Origin: a virus
Direction: 5' to 3' (one strand)
Virus record (IMG/VR): IMGVR_UViG_2773857937_000001
Span: 2,960 to 66,959 of that record
Length of the DNA: 64,000 bases
In this document: positions 8,942 through 18,414 of the stretch, piece by piece
How positions within the stretch are numbered: the stretch's first letter is position 1
Layout: every line of letters starts with the position of its first letter
Translations under genes and position numbers: made by a program
The notes under the pieces: generated by a model
The model's input: the letters and a program-made list of their open reading frames with translations, nothing else
The model's database searches: none
What the model was told of the DNA's origin: nothing

Positions 8942-9985
8942 ATGAAAGCCGTCATCACTCCCTTTGTCCAGAAAGAGTTAGGTCTTGCCACATTCAAGAT
9001 AGATGATGATGTAGCGCGGCTGATAAGTTCTGGCCGTAAATTCATTATGGAACCTGTCGCACGTGAGCTGGTGGAGCATACAGAAGACGGGTTAATCCAT
9101 ACCGAGCAGTCAATGGCCACTAACGAAGCACTGCGACCTTTTTTCACTAGCCCTGACGTTTTCCGCCGCTTAGGTGGTCTTGATTCGCTGGTGGCATATC
9201 TGCGTACGCATGTTTCAAGTTGCCAGACTGCCGCTCCTGGTTGGTGTGACAACAAGCTAACCTATACAGAGCGTAATGATAACGCGGTAGTCTTATGCTG
9301 GCATCACGACAACCACTATATGATGCGTGGCTTTACCGAACTCGCTCCAACTCTATACCGTAACCGTGTGGACTGGATACTTGAAACCGCGCGAACCGAG
9401 ATGGGACTCCCGTCTGGCCGTGACCTTAGCATTCAGGAGCTTTGCTGGTGGGCGTTCATGCGCAACATGATTGATCAGGTGCCGGAGGAGATTTGCCGCA
9501 TCGCTATCAATAAACTGAAGGAAAAGCAGGATACATCGGGAACGACCAAGGAAGCTGATATCAAGCCATATGATGACCGTGCTATTGCATACGTCAGACA
9601 GATGGAAGAAAAGGCGGATCCTATGCGCGCGAGGGTATGTCCGGTAACAGTTGAGCCAGACCCCGGCATGGCATATTTCAAAAGACCGAAGCTACAGCCA
9701 TTAAAACTGCCTAATTATCTCTCATTTGTTGCATCCAGGCCGTGCTGTGGGTGCGGAGCATCCGGGGAGAATGCCAACATATCTCCCTATCTGGTACTCA
9801 ATAAGCGGTTATGCGCACACGACACATACGCAATTCCACTATGCCTAGCATGCCAAAAGGAAATAAGGCGTGATCGGAGCGGATGGGAGAATAAGCACGG
9901 AAAATTGGCTGTACACCAGCGTGTATTTTTTGATTACGCCCAGGGAATTGGCGCTATCACAAGTCATGAGTCAGCTAATAACTAA
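8942..9985 (+). CDS. hypothetical protein (347 aa) with C-terminal Cys cluster CCGCG...CAH...CLAC
   Basis: ORF with a probable zinc-binding C-terminus. It sits at the position of the pap/pmg genes upstream of lpa in P1. Confidence 0.5.
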   Translation: MKAVITPFVQKELGLATFKIDDDVARLISSGRKFIMEPVARELVEHTEDGLIHTEQSMATNEALRPFFTSPDVFRRLGGLDSLVAYLRTHVSSCQTAAPGWCDNKLTYTERNDNAVVLCWHHDNHYMMRGFTELAPTLYRNRVDWILETARTEMGLPSGRDLSIQELCWWAFMRNMIDQVPEEICRIAINKLKEKQDTSGTTKEADIKPYDDRAIAYVRQMEEKADPMRARVCPVTVEPDPGMAYFKRPKLQPLKLPNYLSFVASRPCCGCGASGENANISPYLVLNKRLCAHDTYAIPLCLACQKEIRRDRSGWENKHGKLAVHQRVFFDYAQGIGAITSHESANN

Positions 9986-9986
9986 A

Positions 9987-10003
9987 ATTGCTCTAATATA
10001 TTG
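9987..10003 (+). promoter_or_regulatory. C1 repressor operator (ATTGCTCTAATATATTG), Op53-like, upstream of lpa; weaker second half-site follows
   Basis: Matches the P1 C1 operator consensus ATTGCTCTAATAAATTT at 14 of 17 positions. Confidence 0.7.
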
Positions 10004-10104
10004 CTATTTCTTAAATAGAGGCTATCATGTGCTCATTGGTTAACCGGGTTCGGTTAACCAATAGGTGACAGGACGTTGCTTAAACTGGCAGGGACGCCAA
10101 ACAC

Positions 10105-10527
10105 ATGAGCCGAAATCGCAACACGCGGATTACATCCTATGAGATTGCGGAATACATGATCCGCACCAGAGCATCGCTATCAGCCAAGGAACTGGCTATT
10201 ATTCTGGCGAAAGAATATCCCCAACTTGAAATTGATACTCGCGACGTATACTTGCGTCTGAAATCAATCTCCGTTTCGCGACACTCTTCCGTGATTGTTG
10301 ACGAAAGCTGCCGCCCTCGAAAGTTTCGCATTTACTCGCTGGATCCTGAATTCTTCCGCCGCAGCCGCGCCGCGCGACGTTTTGGCGAAGATATCAGCGA
10401 TGAACTTAAAATGACCTACGACGAGAAAGAACGCCGGGAACATCGACCGTGGGTCATGGCCCGCCAGTTGTTTAACAACATCACTCGTCAGCATCGCCAA
10501 CAGCAGGACTGTAATTTTTCTGTTTAA
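10105..10527 (+). CDS. lpa: late promoter activator Lpa-like protein
   Basis: Its position is C1 operator - ORF - pacA - pacB, exactly as in P1, and its size fits Lpa. The P1 Lpa sequence itself was not recalled. Confidence 0.5.
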   Translation: MSRNRNTRITSYEIAEYMIRTRASLSAKELAIILAKEYPQLEIDTRDVYLRLKSISVSRHSSVIVDESCRPRKFRIYSLDPEFFRRSRAARRFGEDISDELKMTYDEKERREHRPWVMARQLFNNITRQHRQQQDCNFSV

Positions 10528-10550
10528 TACCCACGACATTCTCCGTGTGC

Positions 10551-10580
10551 GGCCCAGGGCTTCGGTTCCGGGCCTTTTTG
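10551..10580 (+). terminator. rho-independent terminator (GGCCC-loop-GGGCC + TTTTT)
   Basis: Read directly: ggcccagggcttcggttccgggcc ttttt downstream of lpa. Confidence 0.7.
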
Positions 10581-10637
10581 ACGTGTGACTTGCGTTACCC
10601 TCGCCAAAAAGAGTTTTCACACGCAAGGAATGCATGA

Positions 10638-11828
10638 GTGACCTGGGACGAGCACAAAGCGAATTTTGCCAGGCTGGCACGCGATGGCGGCTATACCATC
10701 GCTCAATACGCAGCAGAATTTAATCTTAACCCCAATACAGCCCGCCGCTACCTGCGCGCCTTTAAAGATACTGGCACCGGTGCGGATGGCGTTACACCAA
10801 ATAAACCCGTAAGAACTCCCGCAGCAAGAGCCAGAAATGATCAAAGCAGTGATCATAAAAATAGTGATCACTTAGTCAGTAAAGTAATTAAAAAACAGAA
10901 AGATAAGCGCGTGATCACTGGCGCGCTGGCGCAAGCCTCTCGCCAGAAAAAGCAGTTAAATGATCGCGAAGGTGATCATGATGTGATCACTCGCGCCAAG
11001 CGATCACTTAAATCGCGCCTTGAACGTGATCGTATTGATGATGACGGTGAAACGTTTGAGTTTAGCCCCACCGATTACCAGATAGACAACAACGAGGCCC
11101 GACGGGAAGCGCGCGCCATGCTCCGCCGTTCTGGTGCTGACGCTCTCGAAACAGCCTTACTTGAAAAGACTCTTTCGCACCTCCTTATGCTGGAAAACGC
11201 TCGTGACGTTTGTATTGAGCTTGTGCAGGAGTTACGCACAGAGAACAAAGATAAAGACGAAACGCCGGTTGAGTACCGCATTGCCAGCATGCTTAACAGT
11301 TGCACCGCGCAGATAAGCAGCCTGGTGAACACAATATTCAGTATCCGCAACAACTACCGGAAAGAGAACCGCGAAGCCGAGAAGCACGCGCAGGCTATGG
11401 GCCATACCGGCATTGTGCAGTTGGCATATCAGCGCCGCCGCGAGCTGGGGTGGACCGCACAAGAAACGGCGGAATTCATCGAAGCCCAGGGCGGGAAAGT
11501 GCCCCCTTTGCTTATGGAGACGATCCGTGCCGAACTGCGAATGCCAAAACAGGAGAAACCAGACTCTACCGATGAAACTGTAGACGGTGCTCCATCACTA
11601 GAAGATCTCGACAGAGAGGCGCGAAAACGAGCCGCCAGCCGTCGCGCAGATTCCTCCCTATGGATTGAACAGCGTAGAGAGGAAATAGCCGAAATAGTCG
11701 ATACAGGCGGTTATGGAGACGTTGATACTGAAGGCGCATCGAATGCCCCATGGCTTGAGCAAGACCTCGATGAAGATGAGGAGGAAGACGAGGAAGTAAC
11801 ACGCAAGCTATACGGAGAGGATGACTGA
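10638..11828 (+). CDS. pacA: terminase small subunit PacA
   Basis: Recalled similarity to P1 PacA ([40 protein letters not shown]). It contains the pac site. Confidence 0.8.
   Translation: MTWDEHKANFARLARDGGYTIAQYAAEFNLNPNTARRYLRAFKDTGTGADGVTPNKPVRTPAARARNDQSSDHKNSDHLVSKVIKKQKDKRVITGALAQASRQKKQLNDREGDHDVITRAKRSLKSRLERDRIDDDGETFEFSPTDYQIDNNEARREARAMLRRSGADALETALLEKTLSHLLMLENARDVCIELVQELRTENKDKDETPVEYRIASMLNSCTAQISSLVNTIFSIRNNYRKENREAEKHAQAMGHTGIVQLAYQRRRELGWTAQETAEFIEAQGGKVPPLLMETIRAELRMPKQEKPDSTDETVDGAPSLEDLDREARKRAASRRADSSLWIEQRREEIAEIVDTGGYGDVDTEGASNAPWLEQDLDEDEEEDEEVTRKLYGEDD
10838..11032. other. pac packaging site: cluster of about 9 GATC-containing hexamers (TGATCA/G) in two groups
   Basis: Read directly: tgatca, gtgatcat, gtgatcac, gtgatcact, tgatcgc, gtgatcatgatgtgatcac, gcgatcac, gtgatcg. 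The P1 pac has 7 Dam-methylatable hexamers inside pacA. Confidence 0.7.
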
Positions 11829-13315
11829 TGGCCCCCCGTAGTTGCGTAACCGATCCACGATGGAGAAAACTTGTCTCCCTATACCGTTATGACTGGATAA
11901 GCGCCGCAGACGTGCTGTTTGGCAAAACACCGACCTGGCAGCAGGATGAAATCATCGAATCGGTCCAGGAGCCGGGAAGTAAAACGAGCGTTTCATCCGG
12001 TCACGGCACAGGTAAATCGGACAACGCCAGCATGTTGATCATGCTATTTCTCATCATGTTTCCAGGTGCCCGCGCAATACTGGTGGCGAACAAAATTCAG
12101 CAGGTCCGGGACGGTATCTTTAAGTACATAAAAATAAACTGGGCTACGGCCACCAGCCGCTTCCCCTGGTTGGCCAACTATTTTGTACTGACCGAGACAT
12201 CATTCTATGAAATAACAGGCAAGGGCGTCTGGACAGTCATCCCTAAAGGCTTCCGCCTGGGTAACGAAGAGGCACTGGCAGGGGAACACGCCGATCACCT
12301 GCTCTATATCATTGATGAAGCCTCCGGGGTAAGTGATAAGGCATTTGGTATCATCACCGGCGCGCTGACCGGGGTAGATAACCGAATTCTACTGTTATCG
12401 CAGCCTACCAGACCGAGCGGCTATTTCTATGACTCGCACCATAAGCTGGCTAAACGGCCAGGCAATCCAAACGGTATCTACACGGCGATAACTCTTAACA
12501 GTGAAGAGTCACCCCTTGTTACCGCCGACTTTATCAAAATGAAGCTGGCAGAGTACGGCGGCCGCGATAACCCGATGTACCTCATAAAAGTACGTGGGCT
12601 ATTCCCTAAAACCCAGGATGGCTTCCTGCTTGGTCGTGATGAAGTAGAGCGCGCTACCCGCCGTAAGGTAAAGATAGCCAAAGGATGGGGCTGGATCGCA
12701 TGCGTGGACGTCGCTGGTGGCACTGGACGAGACAAATCAGTTATCAACATAATGATGGTATCTGGCGATCGAAATAAGCGCCGCATTATCGCCTATCGCA
12801 TCATCGAGTACACAGACGTTACAGAAACCCAGCTGGCAGCCAAGATAAACGCGGAATGTAGCCCTGACCGTTATCCAAACATCTCTATCGTCATTGATGG
12901 TGACGGCCTGGGTAAATCCACCGCAGACCTGCTTTACGACAACTACGGCATAACAGCCCAGCGCATCCGCTGGGGTAAGAAAATGCACAGCCGGGAGGAC
13001 CGCAGCCTGTACTTCGATCAGCGTGCGTTCGCTAACATACAGGCCGCAGAAGCGGTGAAGTCTGGTCGTATGCGTCTTGATAAAGGGGACGCAACGATTG
13101 ATGAGGCGTCAAAGATCCCCGTAGGTATCAATGCCGCCGGTCAATGGAAAGTTATGACCAAAGAAGATATGAAGAAAAAACTCAACCTGCGTTCACCTGA
13201 CCATTGGGATACATACTGCTTTGCTACGCTAGCAAACTATGTACCTCAAAATGAGGTATTAAGCGTCGAAGATGAGGCGCAGGTTGATGAGGCTCTGGCG
13301 TGGCTTAACGAATAA
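11828..13315 (+). CDS. pacB: terminase large subunit PacB
   Basis: Deviant P-loop SSGHGTGKS, Walker [10 protein letters not shown], the P1 pacA-pacB arrangement, and 495 aa. Confidence 0.8.
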   Translation: MAPRSCVTDPRWRKLVSLYRYDWISAADVLFGKTPTWQQDEIIESVQEPGSKTSVSSGHGTGKSDNASMLIMLFLIMFPGARAILVANKIQQVRDGIFKYIKINWATATSRFPWLANYFVLTETSFYEITGKGVWTVIPKGFRLGNEEALAGEHADHLLYIIDEASGVSDKAFGIITGALTGVDNRILLLSQPTRPSGYFYDSHHKLAKRPGNPNGIYTAITLNSEESPLVTADFIKMKLAEYGGRDNPMYLIKVRGLFPKTQDGFLLGRDEVERATRRKVKIAKGWGWIACVDVAGGTGRDKSVINIMMVSGDRNKRRIIAYRIIEYTDVTETQLAAKINAECSPDRYPNISIVIDGDGLGKSTADLLYDNYGITAQRIRWGKKMHSREDRSLYFDQRAFANIQAAEAVKSGRMRLDKGDATIDEASKIPVGINAAGQWKVMTKEDMKKKLNLRSPDHWDTYCFATLANYVPQNEVLSVEDEAQVDEALAWLNE

Positions 13316-13341
13316 CTCCCGTTTCCCCACCAGCTATGAAT

Positions 13342-14193
13342 TTATTTGGAACTTTCGGGATTATCATTAACGGGTGATCCCTTTTTTTCTTTACGTGTGC
13401 GAGTTGTTGACGCAGCAGACTGAGCTTTTTTAGCTTCTCTAAGACGTGCAAAATTATTTTTAACATCTTCAATATCTTTAATTCTGTATATTTTAGCTTG
13501 TGGCCAGCGCTCACATATAATTGGCTCGATTGAGTCATATAAGCTGAATTTCTCTTTTTCAAACTCAGGGCTAAGAAACAAGCCGTCTCTCAGCGTCTCA
13601 TCGCAGATGAAGACGCCGCACAAGGGGACATGGTAGGGCACTGACTTCCCTCCGTTATAATTTGGGCTGGTGGAGATATAGTGAACCCTAAGCATCGTTT
13701 CATTGAAGCCATGAATACGCATACGGAATTTTTCATCTTCAGGAAATGATTCCATAAGTTTCTTTGTTTTTTCCAAATTATCTATGTATTTTTTACTCCA
13801 GTCTGTTATTTCCCCTGATTTCTGAATCCTAATATCTTTATCCAGCAGGTGAATGATTCTCTTAGCTGTCATATTCACGCTGTTAATAGCTTCAGTCTGG
13901 TATGTCGTGGCTTTTCTTACCCCTCTTAAAATATTAGGAATGGGGTATAGAATTGTTTTTGGAACATTTAGATCAGGATATTGTTCCAGTTCTTTAGCCA
14001 TAGCAGCCCAACGGTCTATATCCGCTTGAACTCGATCCGTTTCTTTGAACGGTAGTACAACTACTGGCCTAACTGAACGCCCATCGCTCGTTTTATCGAT
14101 GTGTTGTGCGCGGGCAACAGCGCTGGCAAGAAAGAGATCCCTGAATTTGACGAAGTCCCTGTACAACTGTTCGCCATACACATAATTGACCAT
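13342..14193 (-). CDS. c1: C1 repressor of lysis (immC)
   Basis: Strong similarity to recalled P1 C1 (MVNYVYGEQLY...DETLRDG...PVNDNPES). Start set at the MVNYV Met inside the longer ORF. Confidence 0.85.
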   Translation of the reverse strand: MVNYVYGEQLYRDFVKFRDLFLASAVARAQHIDKTSDGRSVRPVVVLPFKETDRVQADIDRWAAMAKELEQYPDLNVPKTILYPIPNILRGVRKATTYQTEAINSVNMTAKRIIHLLDKDIRIQKSGEITDWSKKYIDNLEKTKKLMESFPEDEKFRMRIHGFNETMLRVHYISTSPNYNGGKSVPYHVPLCGVFICDETLRDGLFLSPEFEKEKFSLYDSIEPIICERWPQAKIYRIKDIEDVKNNFARLREAKKAQSAASTTRTRKEKKGSPVNDNPESSK

Positions 14194-14287
14194 AGAGGCT
14201 CCTCCGAAAATTATAAGTATCACACCCCCCAGCACTGGATCGCCGGAGGGTGTTTATACCATTATATGAGGATTGATCAAAAAAAAT

Positions 14288-14304
14288 AGATTTATTAGAA
14301 CACT
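14288..14304 (-). promoter_or_regulatory. C1 operator-like site (AGATTTATTAGAACACT, reverse orientation) between coi and c1, Op99-like
   Basis: 13 of 17 match to the reverse-complement consensus AAATTTATTAGAGCAAT. Confidence 0.5.
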
Positions 14305-14513
14305 TAAGGGGATTCTGTGAAGGCGATAGAGATTAAAAACTCAACAGAGTCAATGAGATCAAACACTTCATCTTCTGTTACTCGATGCTCTTGATTAGAC
14401 AGCTTTAAATGGTGTTTGACAATGGCGCTAGCCGCGTCTGGAGAGGTAAGATCGATAGACAATTCGTTAGAATAATTCTTAACGTCGTCTATTGTAGGTG
14501 TGATAAAAGCCAT
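14304..14513 (-). CDS. coi: Coi, C1 inactivator
   Basis: 69-aa product MAFITPTIDDVKNYSNELSIDL... fits recalled P1 Coi. It is directly upstream of c1 on the same strand. Confidence 0.7.
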   Translation of the reverse strand: MAFITPTIDDVKNYSNELSIDLTSPDAASAIVKHHLKLSNQEHRVTEDEVFDLIDSVEFLISIAFTESP

Positions 14514-14784
14514 CTGTTTTTCCCTACTGAAGTCGCACAACACAGAGCACAAAAGGTATGCCCTGATTATCCAAGGGGTATTAACCTCCGGCCTTACCGT
14601 ACAACCATACCGTGGAATACGCGGTGCTCATTCAGACGATCTTTCCTGCCTCGTTTACCCTAATGACCCCATTTACATGAAGGTGCGTATGGCTTTCAAG
14701 ATCGAGCGACAAGGAATACGGAAGACTTAAGCTATATGCTTGCCAGTGTCCTGGTCATTGCCATCCGGGCTGGCATTGCAAAAT

Positions 14785-14913
14785 GTTGTGGGGCCGGGGC
14801 TTGAACCCGGATAACGGCTGGTCAGCCGTATGAGATATCCCAGGTAATGATCCTTAGATAATGCTCACCTCCCCATATCTGGGGCGCTCTTTCCAATTAA
14901 GCTACACCACAAC
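14785..14913 (-). ncRNA. tRNA-like structured RNA element, copy A (129 nt; tRNA-Ile-like D- and T-arm remnants with expanded variable region)
   Basis: Minus-strand read: GTTGTGG-TGTA-GCTT AATTGGAAA GAGC (D-arm) ... CCGGG TTCAAGC CCCGG (T-arm) CCCCACAAC-A. A 7-9 bp terminal stem is present. It is one of three paralogous units sharing their termini and a conserved flank (AGTGCTCTC.CCGTTGTGGTG). It lies in an ORF-free leader between two C1 operators and coi. Confidence 0.4.
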
Positions 14914-15056
14914 GGTGAGAGCACTGCTCCGGTAGCTTGCGCTACTGGTTCAACTCGCGGCTAAATGAAGATCCACTCATATCCAATGCTCTTACCGTTG
15001 TAAGCCAGTTACCGTATGGCACTGACATGTCGCGTCTTTTTCGGGGCAAAAACTTA

Positions 15057-15073
15057 TAATTTATTAGAACAAT
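15057..15073 (-). promoter_or_regulatory. C1 operator (AATTTTATTAGAACAAT, reverse orientation)
   Basis: 15 of 17 match to the consensus. Confidence 0.6.
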
Positions 15074-15140
15074 TGTCAATCAAAGGCAACCGCTTAAGAG
15101 CATGTTTCTGATTCAAAGCACAGAATTAGCCCTTTTATTT

Positions 15141-15157
15141 ATTGCTCTAATAATTTT
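15141..15157 (+). promoter_or_regulatory. C1 operator (ATTGCTCTAATAATTTT)
   Basis: 16 of 17 match to the consensus. Confidence 0.7.
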
Positions 15158-15200
15158 AATTGATTTGCGCATACAGACGGGATTACACTAAAAGTCCCTT

Positions 15201-15234
15201 ATAACTTCGTATAGCATACATTATACGAAGTTAT
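15201..15234. other. loxP: loxP site-specific recombination site (ATAACTTCGTATA-GCATACAT-TATACGAAGTTAT)
   Basis: An exact 34-bp match to canonical P1 loxP, including the spacer. Confidence 0.95.
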
Positions 15235-15305
15235 TTCTAGCGCTTCCGAACCTGACTAATGATACTGTAAATCCATACAGGGTAAAGGGTTTGGCGGTCA
15301 AAAAG

Positions 15306-15325
15306 CGATCACTTAATCAAGTGAT
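15306..15325. promoter_or_regulatory. perfect palindrome GATCACTTAA/TCAAGTGATC carrying two Dam GATC sites, upstream of the 356-aa ORF
   Basis: Read directly. A possible Dam-methylation-sensitive regulatory site. Confidence 0.35.
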
Positions 15326-15432
15326 CATGAGCGAGCTACGCAAAATCTGGAAAGCTATCACCGCCGATAACTGACAGATTTCACGTAGCGCACAGTTGTG
15401 TAAAAACCAATCAATCACAGTTCGAGGTATGT

Positions 15433-16503
15433 ATGGCGCAAATAAAAAGGAACGGAAAAATAAGTATTGGTGATGCCCGGTTATGCATTTATGAAGACCC
15501 GGACCGCGTTGATGATGCTTATGAGCGCGAGTTTAAGCGAGAGGTTTTCCGCCGCATCATCCAAACGTTAAACCGCCTCGGTTGGCTGGTGGAGATCCCA
15601 CAAGACAAAATCGAGCAATACAGTGTTAGCTTCGCGCGCAATTTCCGCTATTGCACAAAAGGAGATCTTAAAGCTGACCTATCCACCTGCGGGCGTAGCA
15701 TTGAACTTGAATTCTTCCAGAGTGTAAACGCGCCGGACCGTCCTGATCACGAAGGTCGGTATCAATCGGACAAAGAAAAGCATATGCCCTATCTACTCCG
15801 CTTAGAAATGTTGCGCACCCGCAAGCGGATAATCACCTACCTGACCAACGTTTTTGACGAGTATAGCCTCGCAGAACCACACTATAGCTGGAAAGACATT
15901 GGCCCTGGCAAATTGACAAATATGGACGTCATTGAAGCCGATTACCGATCCAGTTGGCACTATCACGGCAATTGGGAAGAGTACCTGAAAAAGAACCCGT
16001 ACATGTCCAGTGGGCGAAACAGCACATCAGCAGAAGGTCATCAACTGGTCCCTGGTATGCGCGTCTGGTGGTTTGACTGGAAGGGACGGATTATGACTGG
16101 CACAGCGTGGTATCACATCAATAATATGTGGTACGTCACCTGGGGCCGCTACGGCATAAACAATATCGCGAGCTTTGAGATATTCACTCAATTACCTGAA
16201 AACCCACGAATGAAACGTAACCAGCGCCTGCGCCGCCGTAAACTGGAGGGATTGTTGGTCGATGCCATAACCAGAATGGACTACCTGCGCGCCCACGAAA
16301 TTAAGCAAATGCTCTATCCGGATAACGAGCCGCTTTATCGTCTGTTTCACACAGTCCACCAGCTTTACCACCTACCAGGATTTAATGGCTATACGAAGGA
16401 TCCCAACTACGCGGGTAAATTCCGCCGCAAAGAGGTAGAACGGTTCAGCAATGATGATAACCGCATTGAACCTGTAGGCGCTGAAGAGGAGTCCACCGCA
16501 TGA
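15433..16503 (+). CDS. hypothetical protein (356 aa, Trp/Tyr-rich) inserted between loxP and cre
   Basis: A long ORF with a GAGGT RBS and no recognisable motif. P1 has only about 0.4 kb between loxP and cre. Confidence 0.6.
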   Translation: MAQIKRNGKISIGDARLCIYEDPDRVDDAYEREFKREVFRRIIQTLNRLGWLVEIPQDKIEQYSVSFARNFRYCTKGDLKADLSTCGRSIELEFFQSVNAPDRPDHEGRYQSDKEKHMPYLLRLEMLRTRKRIITYLTNVFDEYSLAEPHYSWKDIGPGKLTNMDVIEADYRSSWHYHGNWEEYLKKNPYMSSGRNSTSAEGHQLVPGMRVWWFDWKGRIMTGTAWYHINNMWYVTWGRYGINNIASFEIFTQLPENPRMKRNQRLRRRKLEGLLVDAITRMDYLRAHEIKQMLYPDNEPLYRLFHTVHQLYHLPGFNGYTKDPNYAGKFRRKEVERFSNDDNRIEPVGAEEESTA

Positions 16504-16715
16504 AACCAAGCATAGTAGCGACCAATCTGGAGCTGGAGAAAAATCGAGGTTATTGGCGCGCAAAAGGCTTTGATCGCAAGGCATGCGACCCGTTTCTTAC
16601 GCGTGGCGATGAGGTTATAAAACGCCATAGAGGTAACTGGTGTCTATACGATGTTTCCAGTGGGCGCGTAAAAGCCGAACCAATCCTGTACACTTTATTG
16701 AAAAATATCATCTGA
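16500..16715 (+). CDS. hypothetical small protein (71 aa)
   Basis: Its start overlaps the upstream stop (ATGA). Confidence 0.4.
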   Translation: MKPSIVATNLELEKNRGYWRAKGFDRKACDPFLTRGDEVIKRHRGNWCLYDVSSGRVKAEPILYTLLKNII

Positions 16716-16722
16716 GCAGACA

Positions 16723-17751
16723 ATGACCAATTCGTTAACCGTTCATCATAATTTGCCCGCCCTCTCCGTTGAAACCACCAGCGATGAAGTGCGCGACAAC
16801 CTCAATACGATGTTTCGTGACAAAGAGGCATTTTCCGAACACACCTGGAAAATGTTGATGTCGGTTTGCCGTGCCTGGGCTGGCTGGTGCGCAGACAATG
16901 GTCATGTTTGGTTCCCGGCAAAATCAGAAAACGTCCGAGACTATTTACTGAGCTTGCAAGCACGCGGTTGCGCGGTGAAAACAATTGAACAGCACCTTGG
17001 CCAGTTAAATATGTTGCATAAGCGTGCTGGGCTGCCACGCCCCAGCGATAGCAATGCAGTATCACTGGTAATGCGACGGATCCGAAGGGAGAACGTTGAC
17101 GCCGGGGAGCGAGCAAAGCAAGCGCTGGCTTTTGAGCGAAGTGATTTTCATCAGGTCCGTGACATGCTGAAAGACAGTGACCGCGTGAAGGATATTCGCA
17201 ATCTGGCCTTCCTTGGCCTGGCTTATAACACGTTATTGCGTATCGCGGAGATCACGCGCATACGTGTTAAAGACATATCACGGACCGAAGGCGGCCGCAT
17301 ACTTGTTCGCATTGGACGAACTAAGACACTAGTCAGCACGGCTGGCGTAGAAAAAGCGTTAAGCCTGGATGTGACAAGGCTGGTGGACCGCTGGATCTCC
17401 GCGTCTGGCGTTGGTGACGATCCTGAAAACTTCCTGTTTTGCCGGGTACGCAAAAATGACGTTGCCGCGCCGTCCCCCACCAGCAAGCTAACCACGCGAT
17501 CACTTGAACATATCTTTGAGGCCGTTCACCGCACGATACATGGCGCGAAAGATGAGACTGGAGAGCGTTATCTGGCGTGGTCCGGACACAGTGCGCGCGT
17601 TGGCGCAGCACGCGACATGGCCCGCGCCGGTGTTGAGTTGCCAGAAATAATGCAGGCTGGTGGTTGGACGAACGTGAACATAGTCCTTAACTACATCCGA
17701 AATCTGGATAGCGAAACAGGCGCAATGGTTAGGCTTCTGGAAGAGGATTAA
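16723..17751 (+). CDS. cre: Cre tyrosine recombinase
   Basis: Near-full-length similarity to recalled P1 Cre (LTVHQNLPAL...HSARVGAARDMARAG...GGWTNVNIVMNYIRNLDSETGAMVRLLED). It is adjacent to loxP. Confidence 0.95.
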   Translation: MTNSLTVHHNLPALSVETTSDEVRDNLNTMFRDKEAFSEHTWKMLMSVCRAWAGWCADNGHVWFPAKSENVRDYLLSLQARGCAVKTIEQHLGQLNMLHKRAGLPRPSDSNAVSLVMRRIRRENVDAGERAKQALAFERSDFHQVRDMLKDSDRVKDIRNLAFLGLAYNTLLRIAEITRIRVKDISRTEGGRILVRIGRTKTLVSTAGVEKALSLDVTRLVDRWISASGVGDDPENFLFCRVRKNDVAAPSPTSKLTTRSLEHIFEAVHRTIHGAKDETGERYLAWSGHSARVGAARDMARAGVELPEIMQAGGWTNVNIVLNYIRNLDSETGAMVRLLEED

Positions 17752-17794
17752 AAATCACAGATTATTGATGACAACTCATCATCTCGCCCTTATC

Positions 17795-17811
17795 ATTGCT
17801 CTAATAATTTT
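17795..17811 (+). promoter_or_regulatory. C1 operator (ATTGCTCTAATAATTTT) heading the cre-ref intergenic cassette
   Basis: 16 of 17 match, 18 bp upstream of the 17829 ORF. Confidence 0.7.
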
Positions 17812-17828
17812 ATTATTTTGGTGAGCCG

Positions 17829-18143
17829 ATGACACATAAGGCCTTCAGTATCGACGGTAAAACCGTTTATCTGGCGACAGGTAAAACGCATAAATCTCCC
17901 GCCGTTGTTGTCGGCCTTAGCTTATCCGAAGACATGCCTGATTTGGCAGGTATCACAGTTGAATTTCCTATGAAGAGCCATCAAAGCGTCGAGGCCTTTA
18001 TAGCAGGAGCAACTGAAGAAACAGCCAGGCGTGGATTGGATAAGCTGGTGGAAGAGTTTGGCGATCTGATTGAAATCGTTAACAGGTGTCTGAGCCGCAG
18101 CACAGCGCAGTCACAAATGATAGAAGCACAAAGGAAACCATAG
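17829..18143 (+). CDS. hypothetical protein (104 aa)
   Basis: First ORF after the operator. Confidence 0.45.
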   Translation: MTHKAFSIDGKTVYLATGKTHKSPAVVVGLSLSEDMPDLAGITVEFPMKSHQSVEAFIAGATEETARRGLDKLVEEFGDLIEIVNRCLSRSTAQSQMIEAQRKP

Positions 18144-18301
18144 TGAGAACGATTGCTACTATTCTGACCAGCATTTTCATTGGCTGGCACGTTTGGAAGG
18201 TTTTCGCAGATCACAATGCCGATAAAGCGGGCGTTTTTGTTCTAACTATTATCGCTTTATCAGCGTTAGTAGCTCTTTATCGTTCTAACGGTAAGGACTA
18301 A
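18143..18301 (+). CDS. small membrane protein (about 52 aa, GTG start overlapping upstream TAG)
   Basis: VRTIATILTSIFIGW...LTIIALSALVALY shows two hydrophobic helices. The longer annotated ORF overlaps the upstream gene. Confidence 0.3.
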   Translation: MRTIATILTSIFIGWHVWKVFADHNADKAGVFVLTIIALSALVALYRSNGKD

Positions 18302-18414
18302 AAGAAAAAGCCCAGCTTTCGCCGGGCTGCACAGTTGGATGCAAGGATCTCTCCTGCATACCAATCAATCGCGGATGAGTATATCACACCATCCGTCAGG
18401 AACAGGAAAATGAT

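Noticed and set aside
10264-10871. Minus-strand ORFs of 138 and 84 aa overlapping lpa and the pacA start.
   Set aside because: They are antisense to syntenic, conserved lpa/pacA, and there is a terminator between lpa and pacA on the plus strand.
14193-14235. Extra 14 N-terminal residues on C1 (ORF track start 14235).
   Set aside because: P1 C1 begins MINYVYGE. The internal Met (MVNYVYGE) matches it.
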